DNA of 64,000 nucleotides from Octopus vulgaris (taxonomy: Eukaryota). Under the pieces are notes generated by a model. That model was not told where the DNA came from. It ran no database searches and saw nothing but the letters and a program-made list of their open reading frames with translations. The position numbers and the translations under genes were made by a program. Within the stretch, counting starts at the first letter, position 1. Each line of letters opens with the position of its first letter. The stretch lies in contig OX597819.1 of the NCBI GenBank assembly GCA_951406725.2, positions 48,980,001 through 49,044,000 of the forward strand, given 5' to 3'. This document shows, in pieces, positions 1 to 12,674 of this stretch.

Positions 1-276
1 TGCAAACCTGAACTTCACTTGGCAATCATGAGCCCCAGGTTTGATCTAAATGCATGGTATCTTGAGAAATTGTTTTTATTCCACAGCTCTAGGCTGAACA
101 AAGGTTTGAGTGAAATTGGTAGATGGAAACTGTAGGGAATCCCACAAGGTGCACCTACTTGTGCTGCTGTAACTATTGCATCATGATTATATATATATAT
201 TGTTGTATTTCGGGATGGTCATTTTATTTATTAATTTTTTTTTTGCCAAATAAGCACACGCACTATATATATATAT

Positions 277-996
277 CATCATCATCATTTAACGTCCGCT
301 TTCCATGCTATCATGGGTTGGACGATTTGACTGAGGACTGGCAAACCAGATGGCTGCACCAGGCTCCAGTCTGATCTGGCAGAGTTTCTACAGTTGGATG
401 CCCTTCCTAATGCCAACTACTTCAAGAGTGTAGTGGGTGCTTTTACATGCCACTGGCATGAGGGCCAGTCAGGCGGTACTGGCAATGACCTCGCTCGAAT
501 GATGTCTTTTATGTGCCACCTGCACAGGAGCCAGTCCAGCGGCACTGGCAACGAGCTCGCTAGAATGTTTTTTCATATGCCACCAGCACAAGTGCCAGTA
601 AGGCGATGCTGGTAATGATCACGCTCAAATGGTGCTTTTTATGTGCCACCGGCACTGAAGCCAATTAGCTGCTCTGGCAACGATCACACTCGGATGGTGC
701 TCTTAGCGCTCCACTAGCACAGATGCCAGTCATCGAATTTGATTTTGATTTCACTTGCCTCAACAGGTCTTCACAAGCAGAGTTTAGTGTCCAATGAAGG
801 AAAGGCACGCATAAGTGGGCTGGTCACACCCCTGGCATAGGCCACAGGTTATGGTCTCACTTGGCTTGCCGGGTCTTCTCAAGCACAGCATATTTCCAAT
901 GGTCTTGGTCACTAGTCCTTGCCTTGGTGAGGCCTAATGTTCGAAGGTCGTGCTTCACCACCTCATCTCAGGTCTACCTCTTTCACAGGTTCCCTG
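277..996 (-). mobile_element. 5'-truncated RTE-clade LINE (ORF2 C-terminus, 3'UTR minisatellite, (GAT)n tail)
   Basis: Minus strand encodes GTCERGRP..DEVVKHDLRTLGLTKARTSDQDHWKYAVLEKTRQAK*, typical of an RTE C-terminus. About five 63-67 bp repeats at 437-720. Flanked by (TA)n on both sides. Confidence 0.85.
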
Positions 997-1208
997 ATAT
1001 ATATATATATATATTCACTTGTTTTATTATTACTTATTTTATTATTTTAACATCTGTCCATTGTCCAGAAATCTTCCATCTCTCATCTGTGACCTCTTCA
1101 GTGACACTTTTTCTTTTCGTGTGTGTTCTTGCTCCACTTACTCCATTCTGTTCTTTTAAGATGTGTATCCTTATGTGTGCATGCGTTTTTGTGTGTGTGT
1201 CATAGCTT

Positions 1209-1276
1209 TTAGCAGCAGTGTGGTCTTTCCCTCAGCTCCAACTTCTCTCCCCATTGTGCTGCTGCTGTCCTAAGAC
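1209..1276 (-). CDS. DLGAP1: Candidate stop-containing DLGAP exon B (GLRTAAAQWGEKLELRERPHCC*)
   Basis: Very strong acceptor (C-run, T-run, ctcag). Phase-1 frame runs to TAA at 1211-1209. May instead be a 3'UTR exon. Confidence 0.45.
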
Positions 1277-2635
1277 CTGAGAAAAAAAAAAGGGGGGGGG
1301 TACAGTTCCTGTATTCCTCGGTGTATGTGTGTTCATCCATGGTGTTGCTATTGTGGTAGTAGTTGTTGTTGTTATTATTGCCCTCGTTGGCACCACATCT
1401 GCAGCTTACTGTGTTAGTTGTGTTGTTGACATATGGCTGTCCATGAGGTTTCATGTGTGTGTGTGTGTATGGATTCGCTTCATATGTATTCATGACCTTT
1501 ATATAGTTTTATTTATTTATATTATCTATCCCTGTCTTACATTTATCACAGGTATGTGGCAGATATATTTACATATTTGTTTATCTATTTTTTTATACAT
1601 CTATCTATTTCTTGTATCACAGGTAAGTGCATATGTGTCTATTGTGTGTGTATCACTCTGTATGTATCTGTATTATTTACAGTTTTTACCCCTTCCTTCT
1701 CCTTTTCCCTCTCTCTTCACATCCCTACTGTCTTTAGTCATGTGGTAGTGGGTGTTATTGTTCCATTCATGTTTTCTAATTAAGTCTCAGTCTGTCTACT
1801 GTTATATGTGTAGCTTCTGTAATCTGTCTAAGTGTTGTGTCAGTTCTATGTGTCGATAGTACTTATATATATATTACTTGTACCAGGTTTAGGGCTACAC
1901 TGCATTAACTGCAGTAATTTAGGTATGTGATATAAGGGTTAAATCAAAGGAATTTCTGCATATTATTCATTTAGCAATTGCACCCATTGATAAGGATAAT
2001 TCTTAATTTAAATGAAACCCAAAACCAGATTAAAACATGAAAAAAAAAATTAATATAAAACATAATAATAATAAAGAACCAGAAATATTCCCAAAATATG
2101 TAGCAAGCTAACAACTAGTGTAAAACACTAGAAATAAATATTTTCAACCATTTAAATTTATGTATGAACTCAAAGAAATTTTGGACTTATTCCTTCTTCA
2201 GATATTCTCTCTCTTTCTCACACATACACACACGTGACATGCCTGTATCACAATGCATATTTATCCAGGCTATCTTCGTATTAACATTGAAATACTAATT
2301 TCCATGATATGTCAATGTGCATGTAATGAATGGCTGGACATATTTGCTGTTCCTTTAATTCTGATCACAAAATATCATCTAGTTTTTACAACTTATCTGT
2401 TCTGCACTGATATGATTATTAGTTAAACTCGTGACTGATTCTTTCCAATAATTTGGCTTTAAAACAGTTATGTTGAAATAAGAACATTTTTACCAAATAC
2501 AAACACGATTGCAATGGATTGCATCTTCAACAGACACTAGTTTAAATTTATACACAAGCATTGAAACAAGTTGCACTGATGCCTTGCCTTGAACATATAT
2601 ATATATTTTGGTGGTACTAACAAAATCATATAGGA

Positions 2636-2800
2636 TGCTGGCATGGCTGTGTGGTGAAGGCAATTTCTTTTACATCTGTAACCATGTGGTTCCAGGTTTG
2701 GTCCCACTGTACAACACCACAACACCTTGGGCAAATGTCTCCTACCACAGCTACAGATAAACAAATGGCTTGTGAGTGGAAGTTTGTAGAAGGAAACTAT
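2636..2800 (+). mobile_element. SINE group A, 5' half
   Basis: gcatggctgtgtggtgaagg...caccttgggcaaatgtctcctac...cttgtgagtgga. Similar partial copies lie near 1-145, 15480-15650, 21652-21860, 27035-27180, 34720-34890, 41200-41385 and 46261-46500. Confidence 0.7.
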
Positions 2801-5017
2801 TACTCACATATTACTACATAACATAGAAATGATATATACTGTATGCCAACAATGGATACACTGATTATACCTGTAGGCAGTTAAAACATTTTGTAGTTAT
2901 CTCTCAGCTCTTGACTATATTTTGGCTCTTGAGTAGCCTTTTCTGCTTAATTAACCATATATCATGGTAATGATCAATTGAGTAATTAGTGGTATCTGGT
3001 GTACCTTATATACTTTTTTTCTATTTGCTTTGTAAGATTGTTGATGTGAACTTGTGTTGAAACAGATTTTGTTGTATCTCAGAAAGGTAATTATGCTAAT
3101 AATAAATACACACACTAGTTCTGTTTCAGTTATATTTATTATCATAGTCAGTCAGTTAATATTTAACCAATTAACTAATTGTTGTTTGGTTAATTGTTCA
3201 GTCAATCAATCAATCAGCTGGCTTTTTCAAAGTCCTTTCATTGCTATTCATGAACTTAATGGCATGCCCTCTCTAATTAATTGGTCAAATAATTAACTAG
3301 TTGATGAATAATACTGAAAGAAGTGAAATACAACCAGTGCATATGCTTATTATTGGAATAAAGACCCTCCTAAGACAACATTATATATCAATTAATTTCC
3401 AATGAGTTAACTTGTACTGGCTTTCTTAAGACTGGAAAGTGTAGGAAATAAGTGTAAAGTGAAGTGCTAAAGGTTAATGATTGGTGACACCAGCTGCTGC
3501 ATTGAGGAGTGCCTTGAGAAAGTAATAGTGTGGGCAGTGAGAAGTGGAAAGGCAAAGGCAGTGAATTATTTGAAGGGTTTACAATAGAAGAGGACGGAAG
3601 TTTAGAGAAGCTGAACAGGGTTATAGAAATATATTGGACTGCAGTATTTTTGTGAACCCTGTCCATGATTATGTATTAATATCTAGTTATAACTGTTTCA
3701 CTTGTATAGTTAATGCTCTAATTTACTTTCTCTTATAAATCTAAGATTTTCTGCTACCTGAATAGAAAAATAAGAGACAGTATTCGAACAGATTGTATAC
3801 ATTTGGCTTTCTCCATTTTATCACTGACAATTGATGTGGATGCTAACAACTTTTTCTCAGGTCTTGTAATGCCAACACCTCTTTCTTAGCATCTCAAAAC
3901 GATTTTTCACTCAGCACACATATAGTTATATTACCTATCCATATCTGAACAATTATTTTTCTCATATATGTCATCTAACATATTTGAATGTAAGTTAGCT
4001 AAGAAAGATCATGCAGTGGCTACTCTCAATTTTAAGTAAATAGACAATTGACAGCATTCAACTCATTCTTCCCACCATTTTATGTAATTTCATTTCACAA
4101 TTTCAGTGATGTTTTTCTATAAATCCCACCTCATACACATGCCACAGTTCTCTGAACTTCTTCCACACCATTCACATGCAGTATATATTATAATCTGTCC
4201 TATTTTGAAATATTATGCCAAGTCACAGTGAGTCATCCATTGATTGGTAACTTGTTAGATATTCCACAGGATATGGTATACCTGCAAGTGGCTACAGACT
4301 CTTTTATGCATCTAATGTTTGGTCAGACTGTTTCTACCAATGTGTTTCCTGCATAGAGTCAAACCATTTCTCTTAGACTGAGTAACAGTAACATTTGTTC
4401 TTAGGCCTTGGTCATGTTAAACCCAGTCTTCTAAGTAATGAACTTTGTAGTTCCTCAATAGTTTTTCTGAATGACCAGTCCTAGACTTCTTTGTGATTGC
4501 TTCACTGTTGTTTTAGAGTTTATCTCTCTCATATTTAGTCTAAAATACCTTCATAAGTCATTTACCTATCATTCAGTTACCGAAACAATATAGAATAGTC
4601 AACACTACAACTTGTGGTAAGTAAAAATATTCTCCAGGTCAATGAAAACAAGATACACTTGTTTGTTCTAAATTAAGAGTTTTTCTTTAGGCTGTTCCAC
4701 TAGAAATATAGTATTTAGTATTCCATGTCTTGACAAACCTAAACAGCATTATTTTTTAACCCAATTTTATCATGCACTATTTTTTAGTTCTACTTTCAAA
4801 ACTTTATCCAGTTGATGACTCACTACCTTCGCTCTCAACCATAGATTTACTTAAGTAGTAATTGATAGTGCTGTTGCTTTTTTACTGGACAGATATACAG
4901 CTATGCATAGAAAATAAGAGACAAAAACAATGACAAAACAAAATCAAAATAACCTATATTAGTAGAGGAAATCAAGCTCTCATTACCTCATTTCACACAA
5001 ATGCCAAACAACAATTC

Positions 5018-5100
5018 TCAGCATGGCTGCTGTTTGCTTGTACCATCAGCCAATGTTAAAGTAGTAAGGATGTTAAATTGTAACTGGGCACTGCTAGTAT
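5018..5100 (-). CDS. DLGAP1: Candidate stop-containing DLGAP exon A (DTSSAQLQFNILTTLTLADGTSKQQPC*)
   Basis: tgttctaacag acceptor. Phase-1 frame open for 26 codons to TGA at 5020-5018. Possible donor gag|gtaatg after 4987. Confidence 0.45.
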
Positions 5101-5367
5101 CTGTTAGAACACTAAACTGCTACTTGATTATGAGGGAATGTGAGTGTGTGTGTGTATACGTATGTATGTACATGTGCATATATTATATTGTCTTAATCAA
5201 AGCAAACCATTAAAAAAAATAATAAACTTTTACCAAAAAGCAGAAAAAAAAATCGTAGCACCAAAAGTCCCAATAGCTCTTTAAAAAAATACCAATAACG
5301 TATGTGAAAATCTTGAAAGGAAATGCTGCCTTCTAGTCTATTTGGTGCAGTGCTTAAGTGATCTTAC

Positions 5368-5439
5368 CTGTGGCATCCATTACCATCAGATGACCATCAG
5401 GGGATATTTTAGGAGGTAAGCTATTCGTGATGTGGTTTC
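5368..5439 (-). CDS. DLGAP1: Putative DLGAP small exon (GNHITNSLPPKISPDGHLMVMDAT)
   Basis: tttttatcag acceptor, cag|gtaaga donor, 72 nt, phase 1-1, open and in frame. Confidence 0.65.
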
Positions 5440-5506
5440 CTGATAAAAATAGTGGACATATATAAATCTGGTGAGAGTAATATTAGTGCTTACAAACAGG
5501 GTTTAC

Positions 5507-5569
5507 CTGGTTGGTTTTCTGGGGTAGGGATTGGAGATGAGGAAGACTTTGAATTTGTGGCTCTAGAAT
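5507..5569 (-). CDS. DLGAP1: Putative DLGAP small exon (DSRATNSKSSSSPIPTPENQP)
   Basis: ttgttcag acceptor, cag|gtaaac donor, 63 nt, phase 1-1, open and in frame. Confidence 0.65.
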
Positions 5570-6239
5570 CTGAACAATGTGTTTTTAAAAAAATATAATG
5601 AATAATAAAACCAGTCAACAGGAGTAAAATGAAAATAGTTAGCAAAATAGTATGTATGGATGTGTGATGATACTTTTGTTAGTTAAAATTAATGAAATAG
5701 ATGAATTTATGAATTAAAAGGTAAATAAATAAAGCACAACCATAATTAAGAATTTTATAAAATTTTAACCTCACCAGATCAGTTTTAATTCAAGGTTAAT
5801 CCATTGGTCTGAATGATTAAGCTGACCACATCTCTTTGCAAAAGACAGAAATTATTTTAAATCTATAAACGCAAGCATTCCTTTTGTTTTCTTGCTGCTT
5901 AGTCCTAGATTGGCTTTTCAAAACCATCTAATGTCCTTTTCCTGCCTCATCAACCATCAGACTACAAAGCAGATTTACTAGAAATCCCAAGTCCACACAA
6001 CGATACTCTCGAGATTTAATCAAATTTAAAGTTGTTACCCTAGAAGTTTTTGTGTTTTTTCTTTTAATTTTTAAACTGAATCTGACCAGAGAAAAAATAG
6101 CAAACTATAGATTCCTGAAATAGCTGCCAAGTTTCCCTCAAGCCATACCCTGTCATCTCAAAAAAAGGAAACACTGGACATAGTTTTAGAAAAATATTTT
6201 TAAAATGGCTGAAATGGAACCCCTGTCTTGTTCAGCAAA

Positions 6240-6762
6240 TCAATCTCCTGAAAATTGTTCATAAACATGCAGCCAGACGAATGCCTGCCATCACACACCA
6301 TCCATACGCTGAACATTTTGCTTCTCTGGGTATGGACATATTAAACCTCCAATGTCTGGTAACTGATTTGGTAGACACCCTCAAGATTAACTACCATCTT
6401 TCCAACAACAACCATGAGCACCTTTTTTGAGTTCCATATGTCTAACACTTGTGGACATGTTAATAAAATCAAGAAACAACACAGCACATTTCTTCATGCT
6501 CAAAACCACTGAAGCATGGAATAAACTACCCGCATCAGTTGTAGTAAGCTGTTGGGACACTACACTCTTCAAAACTTCCATGTGTCCTGAAACTCGCCAA
6601 CAGTACATGTGATGCACCCCACTGCCTTCTTCATTTGAATGACTCATTCACTGTGCTCACTTCCTGTGCATTATTCTATGTACCGTTCATGCACTTTGGC
6701 TATTTTTTCTGATGAGTTATAGTGTACCTGAGCACTGTATACAATATGTTCATTATTATTAT
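6240..6762 (+). mobile_element. Degenerate CR1-like LINE 3' end
   Basis: Translates to ...PYAEHFASLGMDILNL...SNTCGH..KIKKQHS..HFFMLKTTEAWNKLPAS (CR1 post-RT motifs) and ends in (ATT)n. Confidence 0.75.
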
Positions 6763-7816
6763 ATAAGTCTGCTGACTTGGGGCTAAACAACAACAGTATG
6801 TCCTAAATTAATCTTTAGTGTGAACAACAACCACAACAATCTATTATTAATAATCACTTTGGAAACTTCCTTTTAGATCACATCATTGCAGCTTGTGCTG
6901 ATGGAACCACTCCCTTACACTCTTCACATCTTCAATTTATTTCAGATCACCTTGAACACACACCCATTCCTCTGTTAACACCATTTCACTTGTCTTTTAC
7001 TTTCTCTGTGCAGTCTTTGTTCATGTGCACATCAACATCTGTGAAAGACAATCTCCCAAACATTCTACAATGAGGAAGTGACGACTTTGTCTCTTTCAAC
7101 ACAACCAAAACTTGGATGTTAAACCCCTTCAAAGAAACATATCCATGATTCTATACCTCCTCCATACAAAAGAACTCACCACTCAAATAAACCAGTATGT
7201 AATGGCTTCTGTAGAGATTACACATACTTTACATAGTTTAGCCTGGTTTACAAACTATATCTTGGAGGTGGAGGATATTTCAGATCTAAACAGTTAACTT
7301 TCTACAAAATTCTCACACACTCCACAGTGGAATACTACTTGATATAACAGAGCCAATGAAGAAGTTTTTTACATGGTCATGCGACCTACTAGAAATAGCA
7401 GCCAAATTTTCATCAAATCATGCTTCTACTATCTTGAAAAAATAGTAAGGTCACATTAAACAAGGTAGTCCTACATATTCCTGAAAGAAGGGATGATCAA
7501 GACTGGGATGCCTTTGATCATAGTTCTCTTCAATCAGAGTTGACCTGCAATTAAATAATTACTATTTGCAGGAGCACCTGGTACATATAATTACTTTTCT
7601 GCAAAGTGATGATCACTCCAGTATACTTTTCACTTATAAAGCTACTTGTGGAGGATTTAAGTGCTAACACCTTCTACAGTTACTTGCAGACAAGGACAAA
7701 CCAAAACTACGCATATTCTACATCCACAGAGTGGCACCACCTAACATCTACTAGACATTGGAGACCTGGAAACCCTTCTGAGTTTATCTGCCCTTTGTGA
7801 TAGGCTTTACTTTTCA

Positions 7817-7937
7817 TGTAATCTCCAGGGATACAGACATCCAGCAGCAGGACCTCCGTAATGCCATGATGGACCGTGAAGTCTGGCGTAGCATGGTAAA
7901 TTCCATTGTCTCGACCACGGTCGAACAATGATGATGA
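7817..7937 (+). mobile_element. Short 3' fragment of a second RTE-like LINE with 10-bp TSD
   Basis: Encodes VISRDTDIQQQDLRNAMMDREVWRSMVNSIVSTTVEQ* then (TGA)n. ttacttttca is duplicated at 7807-7816 and 7938-7947. Confidence 0.75.
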
Positions 7938-8588
7938 TTACTTTTCAGTACAAAAAGTACTCTTCCTCCCAAGCAAGCTTATTGAGATTGCCAGTTTAGT
8001 GACAGTCTGACAAAGCCCTGGTTGTACTAGCTAACATTATGAACCAGTAGCAGGTGTCTGGTTATCAGATCTCATAGCTCATATTGTACAACTACTCATT
8101 TATCAGGATGTGTTCTTTTACTTTTCTGCATTTAATTTTTTTTTTTTATGTATAAGGTGACTCTACTTGTAAAACAAGAAAACTATATCTAATTCATTTA
8201 TTTCCTTCTATATTTATATAAATTTTTATACACTTTTCCCCATAAAGTATTTCAGGCAATTAAACTCATTTTTCTTGATTGTCTAGACATAAGTTAGATG
8301 TTTCACGTGTTTCTTTATATACTCAAAAACTGCAGTGTTCTTGTGGTCACCCAATAACTGCAGTATTTGAGGTATTTCTGTCCTATTTTCTCTCTTACCT
8401 TTCCTTCTTGCCCCACCACTTCATCTACTTTGCCCAATATTTTTTGTCTTCAACTCATGTTTTCCCTTGAACTACTAAGCTGCAAGAATTTCTAAGATTT
8501 GTCTTTCTTTCTTAGAACAACCAATATGCAATTAAAAAAAAAACGATATTATAGTTTTTATTTTTAAGACAAAATAGAAAATGAGTTG

Positions 8589-8782
8589 GTGTGTCTGTGT
8601 TTGTCCCCCTAGCATTGCTTGACAACCGATGCTGGTATGTTTACGTCCCCGTCACTTAGTGGTTCAGCAAAAGAGACCGATAGAATAAGTACTGGGCTTA
8701 CAAAGAATAAGTCCCGGGGTCGATTTGCTCGACTAAAGGCAGTACTCCAGCATGGCTGCAAACAAGTAAAGAGTAAAGAGTA
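8589..8782 (+). mobile_element. SINE group A, 5'-truncated at the central microsatellite
   Basis: gtgtgtctgtgtttgtccccc...aaacaagtaaagagtaaagag. Confidence 0.85.
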
Positions 8783-9736
8783 GTGAAAATTATCTTTTGA
8801 GATCAAGTTATTTGTAGATTAAAGTTTTACTTTCTTATGACAATAGAAACTATCAAAATGAAGAAATTAATGTTCTTACAGCTGGGTTCATCCTCTATTT
8901 CTTTACTATATTGCAAAACTTATTTTATCTCATTTAGTTTCAGTTAATTCCCACTGAATTATTTCTTCATTTCTTCCAATTGTCAATAGAAAATTTAACA
9001 TATTTGTTGCAAAATATATATTATTATTCAAACATACAGCGACCTATTAGTTTTATTGAATATCATCATTAATAACATAGCAATTTCTCCAAGTTAGCAT
9101 TGGTTGCAACTTAGCAGCCTTTCACATATTTCAAACTACTAATGTCCACAGTATATTCTGAGGTTGCTGAGTTAGAAGATTTGAAAGTTTTTTTGTGTTT
9201 TTTTTATCCATCCTATTTAGTCTTTGTCAGAGTTGTATTTTGTCCATCTTTTTGACATTGTAGGGTATTAGTAAAATTCTGAGTTCATACAAACATAAGA
9301 CTTGACAGACAAAATAGTGTTATCCAAAAAAAAAAAAAAAAATAGTGAAGGAGATGTGCTGAAAGAACCATCCCAACTATTGGGGCACAATGATAAATAA
9401 TTGACAAAATGTTTTGCTAAAACTTTCAATTTTTAAAACTGAAATCAATCTGTGGACAAGTTGATGCAATTTTTTCCCCCATACAAAAAATTAGGCTGCA
9501 CATGCATGTGATGTGTGAGAATGGATTGTGAATGTAAACCAGGTAGCTACTGGGAAGGGACCAAGTACAAGGTAGAAAAATACCTGGCTTTTTTTGAGGA
9601 GTTGATCAGTGACCGAAAAAATGATAAGATTGGCATGGACATCTTATCAGTTTGAATCATGATTTAAGAGATAACAGCTGAGTCAGTAATAATCCATTAA
9701 AATTTTTTTTAAAATTATGACAATCATTATTTAAGT

Positions 9737-10118
9737 ACAGGCATGATTGTGTGGTTGAGAAGCTTGCTTCCCAATCAAGGGGTCTTGGGTTCAGTCCTGC
9801 TGTACAGTACCTTGGGCAAGTGACTTCTATAAATAGTCCCAGCTATTTATTAACAACCAATGCCTTGTGAGTGGATTTGGTGGGTGGAAACTGAAAGAAG
9901 CCTGTCATATGTGTATATCTATGTTTGTGTCTGTCTGTTCACCACTGCTTGACAACTAATGTTAGTTTGTTTACATCCCCATAAATTAGCAGTTCAGCAA
10001 AAGAAACTGAGAATAAGTACCAGGTTTAAAAATAAGCACTGGAGTTGACCCGTTTGACTAAATCCTTTAAAGACAGTGACCCAGCAGGGTCCAGTGACTA
10101 AAACAAGTAAGAAACAAA
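9737..10118 (+). mobile_element. SINE group A
   Basis: caggcatgattgtgtggttgagaagcttgc...gggttcagtcc...aaacaagtaaga. Confidence 0.85.
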
Positions 10119-10857
10119 GGAGGAAGGGCAGCACTCATGATCTTTGTCAAGGTTTCTGACCCCGAAGAGAGTAATGAAGTCATATTCAGGCCAGAGAGTT
10201 GACCCAAATATTTGTAAGAAAATGGAGTTTGCTAAAAGGCACCGAAAGGAGAAGTAGTGATGTTAAAACAGCTAATGAATTAACTCAGTCACTCAAATGG
10301 ACAATAATAGAGTTTACATGGAATTCTACAAGTATATATTTTTATTGTTTTGTGAGAGAATTTTATATCAGCATTACAAGCAATCAAACTATCAATTTCC
10401 AACTAGATTGACAATTCACAAGTGAGAGACACTATCAATGACAGAGTCACCACATGATCATCAACTTGTTAGAAACAGTAGCTCATTCTTTCTCAAATTA
10501 GACCGTATTATCTTCGGGATAATATACTAAATACATCTAAAAAAAAAAAAGGCAGGATGGTTCTTGCTGGAATGGCTTTGACCATAGGCCTGCTGCATTA
10601 GGCCTGAATTAAAATCAACATGGGGTTGTCCCATAGCAGGAACTGAGATGGAGATAATGTAGTTAGCTGCAGGCCGTGTGGGAGAGAAGAAGAGGATGTT
10701 ACTTGGCTGTGCGCATCTTTTTATCTCTAACAAGCGCCACCTAGTTGTTAACGATGTGACAGGGGAGATAACTCTAGATGACGCTCATTAAAACATGACG
10801 GCACTGAATTCAAATAAGGTTGCCTACATGTGATTTTTAATATTCTGGTAAATCGCA

Positions 10858-11053
10858 GTCATGGCAGATACTGGTGTCACACAAATGGCATCCGTGCCAA
10901 TAGCATGTAAATGTACCCATTATATTCTCGGAGTGGTTGGCATTAAGAAAGGCATCCATGCCAAATCAGACTGATGTAAGCCTTCCAGCTTGCCAGCACT
11001 GGTCAAACTGTTCAACCCATGCCGGCAAGGACAATGGATGTTAAATGATGATG
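10858..11053 (+). mobile_element. RTE LINE 3' fragment
   Basis: gagtggttggcattaagaaaggcatcc...cccatgccggcaaggacaatggatgttaaatgatgatg, homologous to the 277-996 tail. Confidence 0.75.
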
Positions 11054-11882
11054 AATATGGCACACTGTCAGTGTGAGAATATGGGGAGTCATTATAAACT
11101 GGGGGGGAGGGTTGAGGAAAAAATTTCGAAAATTAAAGATAGGAATGATGTTCTATGACCATCCAACTCAACAAAAGGGTTGGAAAACGTTGAGTGTATT
11201 CACCTATTTTTTCAACTCGCAAAACAAACTAAACTATACTTTGTAAGAGCAACAAACATCACTGAAGCTAACTTGTATTGCATTATACTTCCTGATGGTG
11301 CTCATTAACAATGCATGAGGTTAGAATGTTTCATCTATTTTAATTATGAAAATGTTATTTCATGCTTTATCATTCCATCTGTTATTAACTAACCTTGATT
11401 TTAACATACAAGACTATGACTTCATGGTAGCGTCGTATGCTGTAATAATAGTGTAGAAACTTTCTATATAAAGTTCTTCACATGTCCCATTTCTTCAGAT
11501 TTCATTCTTGTGGTGCATATGTTGCAAAGTAGGTATTTTCCTGGGGAATTTCTGGTGATTATTTACAGAGTAATTTAGCTTTCTGAAGAATTCATTTAAA
11601 AAATATTCTTTGTTATTATGGATTTTCAGCTATTGCGTTTCAGTGCAAAGACAATAAAAAAAAAATGCCTAGAACGTTCCTTCTTTATCAAAATAAACAT
11701 CAACCACACCCTTTAGTTAAACAAATTTAGTAAATGCCTATTTTAGAGGTCAGGATGATATTGCTAAAAGTAAATTGTTGAATAAAGAAATTCCTCGTTG
11801 TCAGATGTTCAGATGGGTTTAGATACCTCAGATTAGTTAGTATATGTCAGTTGCAATGCCAATGATATACAGTTCTGTTTAA

Positions 11883-12098
11883 CCCTTTCACATTCAGCTG
11901 ACTCAGTCAAATGTGATGCTTATTCATCCACATTGTTTTGGATGAATTATACATTATCTTGCAGCAGGGAGATTTTGATGATATGATTGTTTATTTTTAG
12001 AATGACCTTGTAGGGTAGGTCATTCTATATTTGGCTGACTTGAATATAAAACTAGTAGAATGCTTGGGCTAGATATGGCCAATTTAAATGCTAAAAGG
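11883..12098 (+). mobile_element. piggyBac-like MITE family 1
   Basis: ttaa-CCCTTT start; body homologous to copies at 16313, 18412, 26515 and 30292. Confidence 0.7.
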
Positions 12099-12636
12099 CT
12101 AAATGACATATTTAATTCTTACATTTCAGTGATTTCTGAAAACAATGACTGTTATTAGACATTGCAAAGCTGCTTTTGGAGAATCTGTATCTGGTTAGTA
12201 ATGAATTAACCTCGTAAATTAAGGGTTTCTTTAGAACTTGGAGTGATTATTCTATTTCAAAACCAGTTGTTAAATCATCAATTATTAGTTTGATAATTTA
12301 AAGCAGAGTTGCATGTATAAAGGTAAAATATAAATATATTTAGGAACAACAGATATCATAAAATGAAAAATTGTTCTTACTCTATGTCAATGTTTGATGG
12401 CTCAAAATGTTAGATAATTAACATGTATTGTCTAATTGTGTGCTAATATTTTAGAATAAATTAATACTTGAAATAAGTGCCTGCATTCTATCAAATCCCC
12501 TTTTCTACAAATCTAAATTTTTGTAACAAATATTTGAGATGACTAGGGGTAATGTTAATTAAAACTAATGTAAAATGATTTTATCAAAATATTTAGCATA
12601 AGTCGTTTTGTTGATTTTTGTTTATCAAAATATCTA

Positions 12637-12674
<38 letters not shown>

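Noticed and set aside
437-720. Repeat-spacer-like array resembling CRISPR
   Set aside because: Whole units are homologous, so there are no unique spacers. The array lies inside an RTE LINE 3'UTR in eukaryotic DNA, and no cas genes are present.
2951-3145. Additional phase-1 exon (DTTKSVSTQVHINN...)
   Set aside because: Atypical GAG acceptor, weak donor and incompatible exit phase.
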